A stretch of 64,000 bases of DNA. It comes from Chloroflexota bacterium. Lineage in GTDB: Bacteria; Chloroflexota; Anaerolineae; UBA2200; JACIWT01. Position numbers and translations under genes: made by a program. The DNA is taken from the NCBI GenBank assembly GCA_014360825.1, contig JACIWT010000012.1:72-64071 (forward strand). The letters run 5' to 3'. Positions 20,442 to 30,562 of this stretch are shown piece by piece; within the stretch, counting starts at the first letter, position 1; each line of letters begins with the position of its first letter. The notes under the pieces are model-generated. The model was not told the origin of the DNA. It worked only from the letters and a program-made list of their open reading frames with translations, and did not search any database.

Positions 20442-21365
20442 TTACTCTAGCCCGTTCCCTCGTGTCATTTCTTCTTCACTTGAGTCATCGGGCCGGTTCT
20501 CAGAACGCGGATGATGGGACCCTTGCGACCGTCTCCTCCGCTTAGGGAGAACGGCTGTTTCCTGTACTTCGGACTGCAGTTCTTTCGCGCTCAACTCAAT
20601 TGTTGCTCCACTTTCTAGCGCCACCATCACGGTTTGCTTGATCACATTCGCGCTGGAAACCTTCCCTGGTCCATATGGGGTCATTACTACTTCCCCTACA
20701 CCGGGTAAAAGGCGCTTCACCTCTTGATAAAACTCATCCTCGTAAGCCAAACAACAAAGCAATCTCCCACACATACCGGAGATTTCCGTTGGGCTCAGCG
20801 GTAAGTCCTGATGTTTGGCCATTTTTATCGAGACGGGACTAAAATCGCACAGATGCGTGATGCAACACAGTGGCCGGCCACAGGGCCCCAAACCACCGAG
20901 CAATTTGGCTTCATCACGCACACCGATCTGGCGCAACTCGATTCGCGTGCGGAAAATCCTTGCCAAATCGCGTACCAACTCCCGGAAATCCACCCGTTTC
21001 TCGGCGGTGAAAAGAAAGGTCAGTAGACTTCTGTCGAAGTTATATTCTGCCCGCACTACTTTCATAGGCAGGCCATACTCCGCCACCTTCTCCCGACAGC
21101 GCGCTAAGGCTTCCTCTTGTCGCCAGGCGTTCTGTTGCATCTGCAGCAGATCCTGAGTCGTAGCCCGGCGAATAATGGGTTTTAGTTGTCCGACGACCTC
21201 CTGGTCGGATACTTCATGGGGCGGAATCACCACTCTCCCCATTTCCTTGGCCCTCACTGTCTCCACAATGACGTACTCGCCTGCCTTCAGATCATCGAAT
21301 CCTGTGGAATCGAAGAAGTAGATTTTGGTTGCGGGCCGGAAACGAACCCCCACTACGCGAGGCAT
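20442..21365 (-). CDS. ricT: PSP1-domain protein (YaaT/RicT-like)
   Basis: Cys-rich PSP1 C-terminal domain (GPCGRPLCCITHL...CGRLLCCLAYE). Lies downstream of holB, as in Bacillus holB-yaaT. Confidence 0.75.
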   Translation of the reverse strand: MPRVVGVRFRPATKIYFFDSTGFDDLKAGEYVIVETVRAKEMGRVVIPPHEVSDQEVVGQLKPIIRRATTQDLLQMQQNAWRQEEALARCREKVAEYGLPMKVVRAEYNFDRSLLTFLFTAEKRVDFRELVRDLARIFRTRIELRQIGVRDEAKLLGGLGPCGRPLCCITHLCDFSPVSIKMAKHQDLPLSPTEISGMCGRLLCCLAYEDEFYQEVKRLLPGVGEVVMTPYGPGKVSSANVIKQTVMVALESGATIELSAKELQSEVQETAVLPKRRRRSQGSHHPRSENRPDDSSEEEMTRGNGLE

Positions 21366-21378
21366 GATTGACCCTCCT

Positions 21379-22368
21379 TTAGGCCCCTAGAGAGGGAAGG
21401 CTAAGCAACAGGGCCTCCATTGCCAACCGGGGATTGACGTTGTGCTCCAGACGGTCCGCCGTAGCACAAAGGGTTTGGATAGCACTGCGTGCTACCTTCA
21501 CTCCGGTACGCTTGGCCTGCTGCCGGAGCACCATAATGCGGTCCAAGTTGGCGATATCCTCTTCCTTGCAACCCCCACTGAGCAGCATTACATCGCGCCA
21601 CCAAGAAAGCCACATCTCCAGGATATCGGGCAGATTTTCCGGATGTTGGCTGAGTTGGTCCGCCATCTGCATTCGGTAAGTCCGTCCCCTCTCCAATGCA
21701 TTCTCTAACATTTCCAAGTAGCGGGCTCTTCTTTCCACTAAAGCAGGATTGCTGGCGGCCATGATAGCCCAGCCAATCCGCCCTCCCGATAGATGTGCCA
21801 ATAGCACAGCGGCTTCTGGCGCTACCTCCCGGGCCTCGAGAGCCTCCTGCACCTGACTGAGGGACAATGGTCGCAGGCTTAGTACTTGGCAACGGGACAC
21901 CACCGTCGGTAAGAGCATCTCGATCCGAAGGGCAGTCAGGATGATAACGACTCGCGGGGGAGGCTCTTCCAGGGTCTTGAGCAGGCAGTTGGCTGCCTCG
22001 GTGGTGGCGCGGTGAAACTCCGGCAGGATGTACACGCGCCAGCGACCCTCGAAAGGAGAGAGAGACACTTCGTGTTGTAGGGCGCGCACTTGGTCAATCT
22101 TCAGCACGCTGCCCTCCGGCTCCATCAATCGCACGTCGGGGTGGACGCCGCGCTCGATCTTGCGGCACGCTAAACAGTGACCGCAGGGCACGTCACTGCC
22201 GAGGCAATTGAGCGCCTGAGCATAGTTCAGTGCCAGTGTTGTTTTTCCAATATGGGACGGCCCTACAAGCAAGTAAGCATGCGCCGGATGACCATTTTTA
22301 GCGCTATGGGATAGGAGAGCAACCGCCCACTCATGTCCCACGATGTGCCACATTGGGTTGTACTCCAT
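21379..22368 (-). CDS. holB: DNA polymerase III delta-prime subunit
   Basis: AAA+ clamp-loader motifs HAYLLVGPSHIGKTTLA and the Zn module CGHCLACRKI. Confidence 0.8.
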   Translation of the reverse strand: MEYNPMWHIVGHEWAVALLSHSAKNGHPAHAYLLVGPSHIGKTTLALNYAQALNCLGSDVPCGHCLACRKIERGVHPDVRLMEPEGSVLKIDQVRALQHEVSLSPFEGRWRVYILPEFHRATTEAANCLLKTLEEPPPRVVIILTALRIEMLLPTVVSRCQVLSLRPLSLSQVQEALEAREVAPEAAVLLAHLSGGRIGWAIMAASNPALVERRARYLEMLENALERGRTYRMQMADQLSQHPENLPDILEMWLSWWRDVMLLSGGCKEEDIANLDRIMVLRQQAKRTGVKVARSAIQTLCATADRLEHNVNPRLAMEALLLSLPSLGA

Positions 22369-22608
22369 TACGAAACCGATTTGTGTTAATTTTAGCCCAC
22401 CCTCTATCTCGTGCCAAATGGTTCTGCCCTACCAGGACGCCAGAGCGAAGTCATTTCTTCGGGGTTCGTAGGGACTTAGATTCCTGAGAGGACGCTGCCA
22501 CCTACACGACCACGAAGTTCTATGATTTCTCATGTTACAGAAACCTTTTGCCAGATCTGGCGTCGTTATGATAAGATTGTCATAAGCGAACTGCCTTGGA
22601 GGCTAGAT

Positions 22609-25600
22609 ATGGGTAGCCAAAAGACATCTGCTGAGAGATTGCTAAACTTGCTGGTCATCGCATCTCTGGTTATTACCACAGCGGGGTTCGTGCCCCTTCG
22701 TGTCGCGGCCGGAACGCAAGTAAATCAACCCGCTGCCGATCAAACCATCTCCGCGGTGGCCTCTGCCTCCGCCAGGGCCACATCACTGTCTCCATCCATG
22801 CTGCCAAAATCTCAAGGCGATCTTGCTGTCTTCCCTAGTACACCCGCTCCAACCCCCGCACCGACATCAGAGCCCATGCTCACTCCGCCGCCGGCAGACG
22901 AGGCCTATATCACCCCTGAAGGTGGCGGAGTGTTACAATCGGCGAACGGCCGCATTCGCCTGGAGTTCCCGCCCGGTGCAGTGCGCGAGCCGGCGACCGT
23001 CCGGTACGTCGAAGTCCTGGCCCAGCCGTTCACGCTCTCTACCGACACCCTGCTGAGGTTCAACCTGGAAGTGGTGGGAGGCGCCCAACCCACCGATGCG
23101 CGAGGCCACGCCCTGTTCGATCAGCCCTTGACACTGACCATCAATCTGGAGGGACTGGTGGCGGCGCAGCCCCTGTTGGCGCAGAACAAGCGCCTGGAGT
23201 TCGCCTACGTCTCAGAACGCTACGGCGAGAGGGCCACCTTGGTGGCGGTCCCTCTGACCAGTGTGGATTGGGAACGGGGACAGGTGGTCGTCGTGTTCGA
23301 CCACTTTTCAGAGTGGGAGTTGATGGCTGCTGACCAACTCCCGCCGACCGACTGGATGTTCCCCACCAACCTGGGTGCGGCCGTGGACCCCTTCACCGGC
23401 TCGGCAGCGTACAACTACTCGATCGAAGTGGTGCCGGGCATCCAAGGCCTGCAGCCACAGTTAACCCTCTCCTACAGCAGTCGAACCGTGGACAACCTGC
23501 TGACCAACATCCAAGCCCCGTGGGTCGGTCTGGGCTGGTCGCTGGAGACCGTCGAGGTGGTGCGCAAGATCACTACCCACCGGGGCAGCCAGGGCATGGT
23601 CTACGGTTACGAAAACACATTCACGTTGATCTTCCAGGGGCGCTCGCAGCGCCTGGTGCGCGAGCCAGGCAGCCCGCCGGCAGGCAAACCGGCGGTATAC
23701 CATGCTGAGAGCGAGGATTTCTTGCGCATCGAGCGTTACAACGCCCAGCACGGTGGCCAAAGCCCATCCAACACCTGTGGCGAGTATTGGGTGATCACGG
23801 CCCGCGATGGGACGGTGTACCGCCTGGGCTATAATGCCGACTCCGAGCAGGTGGCCAGCATGCAAGACTACAACCCCAACAACCCACCGGCGGCAGGGTA
23901 TGCCGGGTCGGCCACCAACCGGGTGGCATATCGCTGGCGGCTGGATCGGGTGACGGACACCCACGCTAACTACATGACCATCTCCTACTCTGAGGAGCAG
24001 AAACAAGATCCGGTGGTCACCGGCAACCCCACCTACGACCACGCCAGTTATCTGAATGAGATACTGTACACGGGACACAACCCCGGCTTCTCACCGCCTC
24101 ACAAGGTGCAGTTCGAGCGCGAGGGTCGCACCTTCGACACGAATACACCCGTCTCCTGGCTGGGTTATGAAGGTTCTCCGAACAGTAAACCCTACGCCTT
24201 GTTTGAATCCCAGCGTCTGAAGCGTATCAAGATCTACAAAGACACCACCCTGGTGCGCAAGTACGAACTCGGCTATACCTACATCGAGCATGGCAACCGC
24301 AAGAACACCTTGTTGCAAACCATCACCCAATATGGGTTGAGCGGGTTGTCTCTGCCGACAGTGACTCTGACTTACCAGGGCTATGAGAACCGGAACCCTG
24401 GCGGCGAAGGCGACTGGTTCGTTTACGACCGGCTGATTACGGTTACCAACGGCTATGGCGGGAGTGTCGGGTTCAGTTACGCCTACTTCGGGCATTGCGA
24501 GTTCGGCTGTGGACGCTACTACCGCGTCTCGGAGATGCGCACCCTGAATGGCCAGGGTAACACGGCCAAGGTGCAATACACCTACCAGACCCCAACGTGG
24601 AACAACTTTGCCCCAGACGATTATGACACTTTCTGGGGCCATGACGTGGCGACGGAAACCGTCTTGGCCTATAACCTGACCACGCTTTCCCAAACTATCT
24701 ACGACTTCAACGTGGCTACCATCGAACGGAGGGGGCGCCCCGAGAGCGTCAAGGTAAAAGACAGTAGCGGGGCAGTGAGGCAGACGACAACCTACACTTA
24801 CTACCAGGAGTACACCGTATCACCGCAATCTGACCAGTACTGGCGTTTCGCCGCTTTCGTAGCCCCCAGCGAAGTGGTAGTCTATCCGAACGATGGGTCC
24901 TCGGTGTACAAGAAGACCAAGCACTACTATGAAGCCAGTTCGCAAGGTGGGAAACAGTACGGCAATCTGACCCAACTGGAAGAGTACAGCGGCACCGTCG
25001 CAGTGCGTAAGACGTGGTGGCGCTTTTACCCCGATGCAGATTACTGGATCATCAACAAGCCTGGCTTCACCAACGTCTACACCTGGACGGGCAGCACCTG
25101 GCTGTGGGAGTCCTCGACACAGTATTGCTACGACGATAGTTGGTACTATGCCAACCCCATTGGCTCCACCAACTACGGCGGCAACGGCAGTCACAAGGGC
25201 GAGTTGACCCTGGTGCGCCGCAACACCGGCGAGACCTATTCGCAGGGCGGCCGCACCTATTACAAGATGGTGGACACCGTCTATGATTACGACGTCTATG
25301 GCAACCAGATCAATATCATAGAGTACAACTCCTACGGCAGCCTCTCCGATGGCACACCCCCGCTGGGTGCGGTGGCCAGCCAGAACCCCCGCCCCATTAC
25401 CATCACCTATGAGAGCACCTACCACACTTACCCCAGTCAGGTGACCAATGCCAAAGGCCACACGGCCACTTATATCCATAACGCTGGTTTTGGCACCCTG
25501 ACACATGTAACCGACCCGAACAACGACGAGGTAGACTATGAGTACGACGAATTCGGCCGGCTGAAGAAGGTATGGCGCCCCGGCGACGACAAAGACCTGG

Positions 25601-28377
25601 GCCATGCCGCCACCTCCGAGTACACCTACACCGACAGTTACCCCTTCCGCGTCTATGTGAAACAGCGCGATGACCTGGGTGGGGGCGGTACGGCCACTTA
25701 TTATGAGACCTGGTCCTTCTACAACGGCCTGGGGCAGTTGATCCAGACCCAGAAAGAGGCGGTGGGCGGGATCATTGTGGCCGACACGGCCTACGACTCC
25801 CGTGGGCTGACGGAGAAGATCGGCCTGCCCCGCGCCAGCACCGGGGGCGGCAGTTACAAGACGCCCAATTGGACCGGCGCCACCACCAACCAATACGATT
25901 GCCTGGGCCGGCTTACTCTGGTAACCTATCCCGATGGCCGCACCGTCTCACGCAGTTACACCAACTGGACCACAGCGGTCATTGATGAAAACAGCCACAA
26001 GAAAGAGTTCGAGAACGATGCCCTGGGCCGGCTGATCCGTGTGCGCGAGTATACCGGCACCAACCCGTACACCCTATACGCCACCACCATTTACGCCTAC
26101 AACAGCCTGGATCAGTTGATCCATCTCTGGGATAACGCCAGTAACCACACCGGGATCACCTATAACAAACTGGGGCAAAAGACAGCCATGGGCGACCCCG
26201 ACATGGGCAACTGGGCCTATGCTTACGACCCCATCGGCACGCTGGCCAGCCAGAGCGACGCCAAGGGCCAGACCATCGCCTTCTTCTACGACGAACTGAA
26301 TCGCCTCCTGCGCAAGGAATACCCCGCGGGCACAGTCCTGGCCAGCTTCACTTACGATGACACGACGGGAGGTAACAAGGGCAGGGGCCGGCGGACGGGG
26401 ATGAGTTATAGCGGAGGCGGCTCGGCCTCCTATATCTATGACGGCCGGGGTCGCCTGACCAAAGAGACCGACGTCATCCCGGGCCCGGGAGGCGGCACTT
26501 TCGTCACCCAGTGGACCTACAACGATATGGATCGGGTGCGGACAACGGTGTATCCAGGTGGAAACGGCGGGCAGACTGGAGAGACGGTAACTTTCACCTA
26601 CGGAGCCGATAGTTGGCTGAAGAGCGCGGTTGGCACCAACACTTACGTGGGCGACACCACCTACAACGCGCTGGGGCAAGTGGAACTGAGAAAACTGGGT
26701 AGCGCCGCCACCCCTGTGCTGACCACCGACTACATCTATCGCACAGACAATTTCCGTTTGCAATGGATCAAGACCGGCCAGAGCAGCCCCTTCGAGGGGT
26801 TGCAGAAACTGGAGTACACCTACGATGCGGCGGGGAACGTCCTGACCATCAAAGACTACAACGCCGGCGGCACCCAGACCCAGAGTTTCGTTTACGACGC
26901 GCTGGACCGGGTGACCACGGCTACCGCGAGCGGGGGGACGGGGGGCCTCTACAGCGAGGGGTACACCTACAACCCCATCGGCAACCTGCTGAGCAAAGGC
27001 GGGGTGAACTACACCTATGGCTCCAGCAAGCCCCATGCGGTGACCGCGGCTGGTTCTAACTCCTACGCCTACGACGCCAACGGCAACACGATCACGCGCA
27101 CAGTGGGCAGCGACACCTACGCCCTGACGTACGACGCAGAGAACCGCCTGACGCAGGTGAAGAAGAACGGGGGCGCCATCGCCGCCTTCGTCTACGACGG
27201 CGACGGGGTGCGGGTGAAGGCCATGGTCAACGGCACGACCACCGCCTACATTGGGGACTACTACGAGCAGACGGGGAGCACCATCCGCAAATACTACTAC
27301 GCCAATGGCCAGCGGGTGGCCATGCAGGAGAACAGCACCCTCTACTGGCTCTTGACGGACCACCTGGGCTCCACCGCCATCACCGCCAACTCGAGCGGCA
27401 GCAAGTACGGCGAGTTGCGCTACAGGGCCTATGGCGAGACCCGCTACACCTGGGGCACCACGCCCACCACCTATCGCTTTACCGGCCAGCGGGAAGAGAG
27501 TACAATAGGGCTGTACTTTTACAATGCCAGATGGTATGACCCGGCCTTGGGGCGATTTGTGCAGGCGGATACCCTCGTGCCGGAGCCGGGGAACCCGCAG
27601 GCGCTCAACCGCTACTCGTACGTGCTGAACAATCCGCTGCGGTATACGGATCCCACTGGTCTCTTCTCAGAGGAAGAGATTATGAAGCACCTAGAGGTGG
27701 ATACCTGGGAGGAAGTGCTGGCCTTCTTCAGAGCCGGAGGATTGCTGGCGGGAAGGTGGGGTTGGCTCGCAGTTCTGCGCCAAGCGCAGTTGGGAGATGA
27801 GGTCCAGTTCCTGGAGGGCTATGCTGGCTTCTGGCCTGCGCCGGGACCTGGGGGAAGGGTTGCCTCGCGCGGCATTTTCGTGGAATCGAATGGTTCGCTC
27901 TACATCCGGGGCGCTGAAGGCGGCCTGATAGCGGCAAATGAGGCAGCGAAGGTGGGTAATGCCTATCTGCTGGCCAGGCCGTCGTCGGACTATAGGTTGC
28001 CGATGGTGTTCGGGCCGTACTATGCTGAAAGAATGTACCCGCATCATTACCAACTTGACCCGGGAAGGGTGGATTGGGTTGGGGCTGGTCTTGATGCTGG
28101 AGGAATTGCTGCCGACGCGCTCACCTATGGAGCAGGGGGCAGGCTTGTTAATGTAGCCGAAATCGCTGTAGCTGGCAGACAGATTGGAGATGCTCTCGAT
28201 GTAGTGAGCTTGGTGAGGAGTGGATACCCGTTTGCGAGGGGGACTCTGAGGGGAGGGCTCTCTTACGCTCAAGTCAGAGACTTCTCTCTGGATACAGCCG
28301 CACTTTGGATTCCGTTTGTGCCTGATTTCGTGAGTCTGGTGGCGAATTTCCGTGAGGCTTCCTATCCAGTGCCTTAG
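22609..28377 (+). CDS. Rhs/YD-repeat polymorphic toxin with C-terminal toxin domain CT1
   Basis: About 1920 aa. Signal/TM N-terminus, dozens of YD repeats and the Rhs core ending at PxxxxDPxGL (NPLRYTDPTGL, D at 27649). A unique ~238-aa C-terminal domain follows. Start set at the ATG with a GGAGG RBS (track ORF begins at 22522). Confidence 0.9.
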   Translation: MGSQKTSAERLLNLLVIASLVITTAGFVPLRVAAGTQVNQPAADQTISAVASASARATSLSPSMLPKSQGDLAVFPSTPAPTPAPTSEPMLTPPPADEAYITPEGGGVLQSANGRIRLEFPPGAVREPATVRYVEVLAQPFTLSTDTLLRFNLEVVGGAQPTDARGHALFDQPLTLTINLEGLVAAQPLLAQNKRLEFAYVSERYGERATLVAVPLTSVDWERGQVVVVFDHFSEWELMAADQLPPTDWMFPTNLGAAVDPFTGSAAYNYSIEVVPGIQGLQPQLTLSYSSRTVDNLLTNIQAPWVGLGWSLETVEVVRKITTHRGSQGMVYGYENTFTLIFQGRSQRLVREPGSPPAGKPAVYHAESEDFLRIERYNAQHGGQSPSNTCGEYWVITARDGTVYRLGYNADSEQVASMQDYNPNNPPAAGYAGSATNRVAYRWRLDRVTDTHANYMTISYSEEQKQDPVVTGNPTYDHASYLNEILYTGHNPGFSPPHKVQFEREGRTFDTNTPVSWLGYEGSPNSKPYALFESQRLKRIKIYKDTTLVRKYELGYTYIEHGNRKNTLLQTITQYGLSGLSLPTVTLTYQGYENRNPGGEGDWFVYDRLITVTNGYGGSVGFSYAYFGHCEFGCGRYYRVSEMRTLNGQGNTAKVQYTYQTPTWNNFAPDDYDTFWGHDVATETVLAYNLTTLSQTIYDFNVATIERRGRPESVKVKDSSGAVRQTTTYTYYQEYTVSPQSDQYWRFAAFVAPSEVVVYPNDGSSVYKKTKHYYEASSQGGKQYGNLTQLEEYSGTVAVRKTWWRFYPDADYWIINKPGFTNVYTWTGSTWLWESSTQYCYDDSWYYANPIGSTNYGGNGSHKGELTLVRRNTGETYSQGGRTYYKMVDTVYDYDVYGNQINIIEYNSYGSLSDGTPPLGAVASQNPRPITITYESTYHTYPSQVTNAKGHTATYIHNAGFGTLTHVTDPNNDEVDYEYDEFGRLKKVWRPGDDKDLGHAATSEYTYTDSYPFRVYVKQRDDLGGGGTATYYETWSFYNGLGQLIQTQKEAVGGIIVADTAYDSRGLTEKIGLPRASTGGGSYKTPNWTGATTNQYDCLGRLTLVTYPDGRTVSRSYTNWTTAVIDENSHKKEFENDALGRLIRVREYTGTNPYTLYATTIYAYNSLDQLIHLWDNASNHTGITYNKLGQKTAMGDPDMGNWAYAYDPIGTLASQSDAKGQTIAFFYDELNRLLRKEYPAGTVLASFTYDDTTGGNKGRGRRTGMSYSGGGSASYIYDGRGRLTKETDVIPGPGGGTFVTQWTYNDMDRVRTTVYPGGNGGQTGETVTFTYGADSWLKSAVGTNTYVGDTTYNALGQVELRKLGSAATPVLTTDYIYRTDNFRLQWIKTGQSSPFEGLQKLEYTYDAAGNVLTIKDYNAGGTQTQSFVYDALDRVTTATASGGTGGLYSEGYTYNPIGNLLSKGGVNYTYGSSKPHAVTAAGSNSYAYDANGNTITRTVGSDTYALTYDAENRLTQVKKNGGAIAAFVYDGDGVRVKAMVNGTTTAYIGDYYEQTGSTIRKYYYANGQRVAMQENSTLYWLLTDHLGSTAITANSSGSKYGELRYRAYGETRYTWGTTPTTYRFTGQREESTIGLYFYNARWYDPALGRFVQADTLVPEPGNPQALNRYSYVLNNPLRYTDPTGLFSEEEIMKHLEVDTWEEVLAFFRAGGLLAGRWGWLAVLRQAQLGDEVQFLEGYAGFWPAPGPGGRVASRGIFVESNGSLYIRGAEGGLIAANEAAKVGNAYLLARPSSDYRLPMVFGPYYAERMYPHHYQLDPGRVDWVGAGLDAGGIAADALTYGAGGRLVNVAEIAVAGRQIGDALDVVSLVRSGYPFARGTLRGGLSYAQVRDFSLDTAALWIPFVPDFVSLVANFREASYPVP

Positions 28378-28403
28378 GCAAAACAAGACCGAGAGGTTGA
28401 CCG

Positions 28404-28685
28404 ATGACCGATGATTGGGCTTGCATCTTCGCTGTAGAGGTGTTGATGAGTTTGGCTCTTATCTTGTGGAGCTTGCGAATCTGGCTTAAACCTAGTTCCT
28501 TGAGTCCAGACTCCTTCATGTACCGCTATTTCTATGTTAGGTGGCGTGCTTGGCGGGGAGCGAGTGGGGTGGAGTCTGAGAAACTCACCGAGAGGCAAAT
28601 AAGATACTTCGGCATAGGAGGGGTGATTGTGGGGATTGTCGGGATTGCGGTGGTGATAATGGGATTAGCGCTGGGTAGACCGTGA
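28404..28685 (+). CDS. Putative immunity protein for CT1 (small 2-TM membrane protein)
   Basis: 93-aa ORF 26 nt downstream of the rhs stop. Two hydrophobic helices. Position is typical of rhs immunity genes. Confidence 0.55.
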   Translation: MTDDWACIFAVEVLMSLALILWSLRIWLKPSSLSPDSFMYRYFYVRWRAWRGASGVESEKLTERQIRYFGIGGVIVGIVGIAVVIMGLALGRP

Positions 28686-28794
28686 CGTCTTTTATGCTTG
28701 CGCGCTGGCGAGGCATAACTACGCGCACTTGTGGGGCATATGTGCTGAGCCTTACGACGCCGAGAGCTGGCCTCATCCATGTAAAAAGCGCTGC

Positions 28795-28912
28795 GACGGC
28801 CACCTTCGTCTACGACGGCGACGGGGTGCGGGTTAAGGCCATGGTCAACGGCGTGACCACCGCCTACGTTGGGGACTACTACGAGCAGACGGGGAGCACC
28901 ATCCGCATGTAA
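28795..28912 (+). pseudogene. 5' remnant of orphan rhs C-terminal cassette 2, ended by an in-frame TAA
   Basis: Encodes ATFVYDGDGVRVKAMVNGVTTAYVGDYYEQTGSTIR, near-identical to the main Rhs core. It ends where a palindromic insertion brings in a stop codon. Confidence 0.65.
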
Positions 28913-28932
28913 GGGCGTACGGCCGTACGCCC
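28913..28932. repeat. 20-bp perfect palindrome GGGCGTACGGCCGTACGCCC inserted in orphan cassette 2
   Basis: Intact copies read ...ATCCGCAAATACTACTACGCC... at this point. Here the sequence is ...ATCCGCATGTAAGGGCGTACGGCCGTACGCCCCTACGCC..., a net +18 nt in-frame that carries a TAA. Confidence 0.8.
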
Positions 28933-28951
28933 CTACGCCAATGGCCAGCGG

Positions 28952-29971
28952 GTGGCCATGCAGCAGAACAGCACCCTGTACTGGCTGCTGACCGACCACC
29001 TGGGCTCCACCGCCATCACTGCTAACTCGAGCGGTAGCAAGTCCGGCGAACTGCGCTACAGGGCCTATGGGGAGACCCGCTACACCTGGGGCACCACGCC
29101 CACCACCTTCCGTTTCACCGGCCAGCGGGAAGAGAATACAATTGGGCTGTACTTTTACAATGCCAGATGGTACGACCCGGCGCTGGGGCGGTTCGTGCAG
29201 GCGGACAGCATCGTGCCTGAGCCAGGGAACCCGCAGAGCCTGAACCGGTATTCGTACGTGCTCAACAACCCGCTGCGGTATGTGGACCCGAGTGGGCACT
29301 ATACCTTTGAAGAAGATCCAGATGACCCCTGGATCTACCGAGAATGGGATCCACGCGTCCGCTCTCGGTACTGGTACACCCACCCCGCAGTGCAGTTAAG
29401 GACTGTGAGCGATGCTGAAGTCCTTGCCGCAATAACATCCCCCCTCTGGGGGGCCGCCGGGGCGGTGCTTGTGGACGCGGCGCTGACGGAGGTGGCTCTA
29501 CCTGCGGCGAAGACGGTCGCGGGCCAGGCAGTGGCCCGCCTTGCACCGTTGGCACAACAGGTGTGGGAGAGAGGCAAAGAGGCTATTCGTCTGGCACGAC
29601 CAGATGGAGTACGATGGGGACCACATACGGGCGCCGGCCCTCTTGGTGAGGAGATCGCCAAACTGTTCCGTGGGGGCAGCTACACTGAACTCAAGCTTAA
29701 TGTAGAAACAACGCTGTACCGCGTCTGGGGTGGGAGTTCTCCAGAATTAGGTCCCTGGTGGAGCCGAACCCCTCCGGCAGGTCCTCTCCAGGCAAAGATT
29801 GACCTGGCTTTGCCGTCCGGCAACACCGCGCTGAATGTAGTAAAAATCCAAGTGCCCGCAGGAACAACGATCTATGAAGGGTTTGCGGAGCGGCTTGGAG
29901 GACTCTTGGGCGGTGGAAACCAAGTATTCATTCCGTGGGTTGATCCTAGTTGGGTGGTGAGAACATGGTAG
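28952..29971 (+). CDS. Orphan rhs C-terminal cassette 2 (core end + toxin domain CT2), possibly restart-translated
   Basis: Same frame as the 28795-28912 remnant. Encodes the Rhs core end through DPSG, then a unique ~230-aa C-terminal domain. The nearest ATG after the stop is 28952. Confidence 0.65.
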   Translation: MAMQQNSTLYWLLTDHLGSTAITANSSGSKSGELRYRAYGETRYTWGTTPTTFRFTGQREENTIGLYFYNARWYDPALGRFVQADSIVPEPGNPQSLNRYSYVLNNPLRYVDPSGHYTFEEDPDDPWIYREWDPRVRSRYWYTHPAVQLRTVSDAEVLAAITSPLWGAAGAVLVDAALTEVALPAAKTVAGQAVARLAPLAQQVWERGKEAIRLARPDGVRWGPHTGAGPLGEEIAKLFRGGSYTELKLNVETTLYRVWGGSSPELGPWWSRTPPAGPLQAKIDLALPSGNTALNVVKIQVPAGTTIYEGFAERLGGLLGGGNQVFIPWVDPSWVVRTW

Positions 29972-30324
29972 ATAAAAAAGTCATCAAGATGATTTCACAT
30001 TGGTTTCAGATCGCTAGAGGTTGTAGCCTGTTACTGCCTGACGGGTGGTTTGGCGGACGTCCTCATGAAGGCCAACACACACTCACATACTTGGAGGTCC
30101 GTCCTCACAAGCTACTCATGGAGCTAGATGAGCAGCTTCTCCTGATATTTACAGAAATTGCCACGGTTCGCATTGAGAATTCGGATCTAGTTCTGACAGA
30201 CTTCCAGCAATTCGTTTTCGATTGGCAGGGGTATGGAGACCTTTTGCCACACGTGGCAGTGTACAGACAAGGTACAGTAAAACTTGTTCCGCCGATAGGC
30301 ACGACTATTAAGGACACCATATAG
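29965..30324 (+). CDS. Putative cytoplasmic immunity protein for CT2
   Basis: 120-aa ORF. Its start overlaps the CT2 stop (ATGGTAG). No signal peptide. Confidence 0.5.
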   Translation: MVDKKVIKMISHWFQIARGCSLLLPDGWFGGRPHEGQHTLTYLEVRPHKLLMELDEQLLLIFTEIATVRIENSDLVLTDFQQFVFDWQGYGDLLPHVAVYRQGTVKLVPPIGTTIKDTI

Positions 30325-30343
30325 CCCATCGGAGCGGTTCGGC

Positions 30344-30562
30344 TTGGCCCCGGACGATATCCTTTCAGTTCGACTGGACAAAATCTTCCACCAGCAAGAG
30401 GTCACCGCCCGGCTGTTCCACGAACTACCTACTTATCCATCCCGGGCATTCTCGCCTCAAGTAATCTGGAACGCCTACACCCGGGTGTATGGCAGACAAC
30501 TGGGTCGCTGGGACTGGCTGGAGGCCATTTGGCCCTATTTTGAAAGATGGGGGGTGCGATGA
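30344..30562 (+). CDS. Hypothetical small protein
   Basis: 72-aa ORF just upstream of and overlapping the 305-aa Cys protein. Weak evidence. Confidence 0.25.
   Translation: MAPDDILSVRLDKIFHQQEVTARLFHELPTYPSRAFSPQVIWNAYTRVYGRQLGRWDWLEAIWPYFERWGVR

Noticed and set aside
23220-27363. Large minus-strand ORFs (23461-24078, 24091-24693, 24820-25893, 26074-27363) inside rhs
   Set aside because: Antisense to the YD-repeat gene. Gly/Val/Ala-rich translations typical of the reverse frame of repeat-rich high-GC genes.
27691-29661. Minus-strand ORFs 27691-28386, 28532-29383, 29262-29555 and 29335-29661
   Set aside because: Antisense to the CT1, immunity and orphan cassette 2 coding regions.
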